NCBI GenBank assembly: GCA_965202585.1
Contig: OZ241834.1
Coordinates: forward strand, 2,108,001 to 2,172,000
Origin: Thalia democratica
Taxonomy: Eukaryota
Length of the DNA: 64,000 bases
Reading direction: 5' to 3'
Part shown: piece by piece, positions 62,201 through 64,000 of the stretch
Layout: each line of letters starts with the position of its first letter
Numbering within the stretch: position 1 is the first letter of the stretch
Translations under genes and position numbers: made by a program
The notes under the pieces: model-generated
Database searches by the model: none
What the model was told of the DNA's origin: nothing
The model's input: only the letters and a program-made list of their open reading frames with translations

Positions 62201-64000
62201 TTATGCGATTGTAATAAAATTTTATTTAACATTTTTAATTAAAGTAAACTTATTTATGATCGCTAAAATATAATATGAAAAACGGGTTTAAATTAAAAAC
62301 AAATTAAGTTTGGAAAGAGTAGATTTTGCTTCTAACGCTTATTTTATTTAAATGATAAATTAAATCGATATTTGAAAACATTTATTTTTTAAATGTGTTT
62401 TATGTACAATATTTATTCAAAAACATCAAGTATGATAAAAAAATAATAATTTGTTTTATGTTTTTTTAAATAACTACAGATACATATCTAAACAAAGTGC
62501 GAATAATTTTTAAACTAAAACAGTTAAGTATAATCAAACAACTAAATGATAATGAAGAGGTTTGATCCAATTGAATCTAAAGTGTATATGTTCTACTTAT
62601 AATCACACAGAAAAGTTATAATTACAGTAGATTCGGTTTTTCAAATCGATTTTTATGCACTAAAATAAATTAGTGACATAGTAAAATAAATATTGGTATA
62701 AAAGATTACCAAAGTCGAAATTTAGACCTGATAAATCAATAAAATTTTAACATCAAGGTGGTTTATAATAACGTTACATTTAAAACGATCGTACCATCTT
62801 TCTAACATCCAATCATTACAAAAACTCTTAGCATTTTAACAGTACTCATAGGAAAAAAGAGAGTATCATTAGCCTGTTTTTATTTAAGTTGCAGTTTAAA
62901 TTAGCATATATGTTTTAAATACTTGTGCGTTACAAAACTTATGGAAACAATCTTTTTTCCTTAGTTGTAAAGCATCTTCTAATCGCTATTATCTTCCAAA
63001 AGGAACTAGCTTTAAGGTAATTTGTGTACCTAATTACCGTAAAATACATATTTTGAATAATAACATTGTTTGCTAGAATTTCTTGCAAATTCATGTATTG
63101 AATGTAATGAATATTTATTGTAACTTACTTTCCTGGATGTATTTATTGTATTGTCCGTTCTAAACCAAAATGTTTTTATATTTTGTTTTTTTTTTCTTGT
63201 GATATTTGTTCAGTTTTAGTTAATAATAAAGCTCAACCGCAAATAAAACATTAAATTTTTAAGTTTTAAGTACAAACGTTTGCAAATTAATTGGTTTCAC
63301 AAAAGTTAAACATAAAAAAATTAAAGAAATAAGTGACATCCTGAATTTTAGATAAACACTAGTAACTTTAAATTTCGGAAATTTGATCAAAGTATGAACA
63401 AAAGTTAATATCGTACCTTATAAGTAGAAGTTCAAAATTGTATTTCGAAAGTTAACTAAATAGGTATTTATAAACATGAATCATCGTTATAAAAACATTA
63501 AAGTGCATCCTTAAAATCAGTGAATATATACAATTAAAATTTAAAAACACGTTACCTTTTTTTATATTTAGACTTTAGCTACTAATAGTGTTAGCAAAAA
63601 ATTAATTTAAATAACAGTATAATTGTTTAGATCGATTAAACTAAAATTAAAAAACAACATTTAAAGTCGTTTATACACATAAAACTTGTTCTATCAAAAT
63701 TTGTTATGTTTTTTTAAATTAACAATTTATTGTCAGAGTTTCTAAATAAAGTTTTATTAAGTGAATTTTGCCTATAATATACGTTTTTAAATTTGTTCTT
63801 TTTTTCAAATAGTAATTTGAAGAATTAGTTCGCTAAAAGCATTTCTGAAAATTAAATTAAATTATTAAATTGTCTAAACATATGCAATTTTTTAAAACTT
63901 ATATTAAAATTTAACTTTAATTTGATGTAAACAATCTAATTCGTAGATGGTAATTTTTACAAAAGTTTTTATTTAGTTTTTTTACTGTAGATAAGTAAAC

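Overview
Very AT-rich (roughly a quarter GC by eye), intron-rich invertebrate genomic DNA; the species cannot be identified from the sequence. Three protein-coding genes were reconstructed by hand with in-phase GT-AG junctions. (1) An unrecognised Ser/Asn/Gln-rich gene on the minus strand (2614-6350, about 654 aa) with three 60-aa tandem repeats. (2) Ribosomal protein L9 on the plus strand (15033-19633, 5 coding exons, 190 aa). Three of its introns each hold a copy of a U29/SNORD29-type C/D snoRNA with a compensatory non-canonical C/D motif, and the fourth holds a candidate H/ACA snoRNA. (3) A 15-exon polypeptide GalNAc-transferase on the minus strand (30665-57664, 642 aa) with a GALNT7-like catalytic domain and a GALNT10-like lectin domain. 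The window opens with an inverted pair of minimal type-I hammerhead ribozyme motifs of the Penelope-like-element type. Introns carry many non-autonomous hAT and pogo-like elements and a decayed tandem array of about 2 kb units. The most striking unexplained pattern is that most GALNT exons are flanked by decayed partial copies ('echoes') of their own ends, including splice sites, and one young case leaves three competing acceptors. No tRNA, rRNA, CRISPR or autonomous transposase was found.
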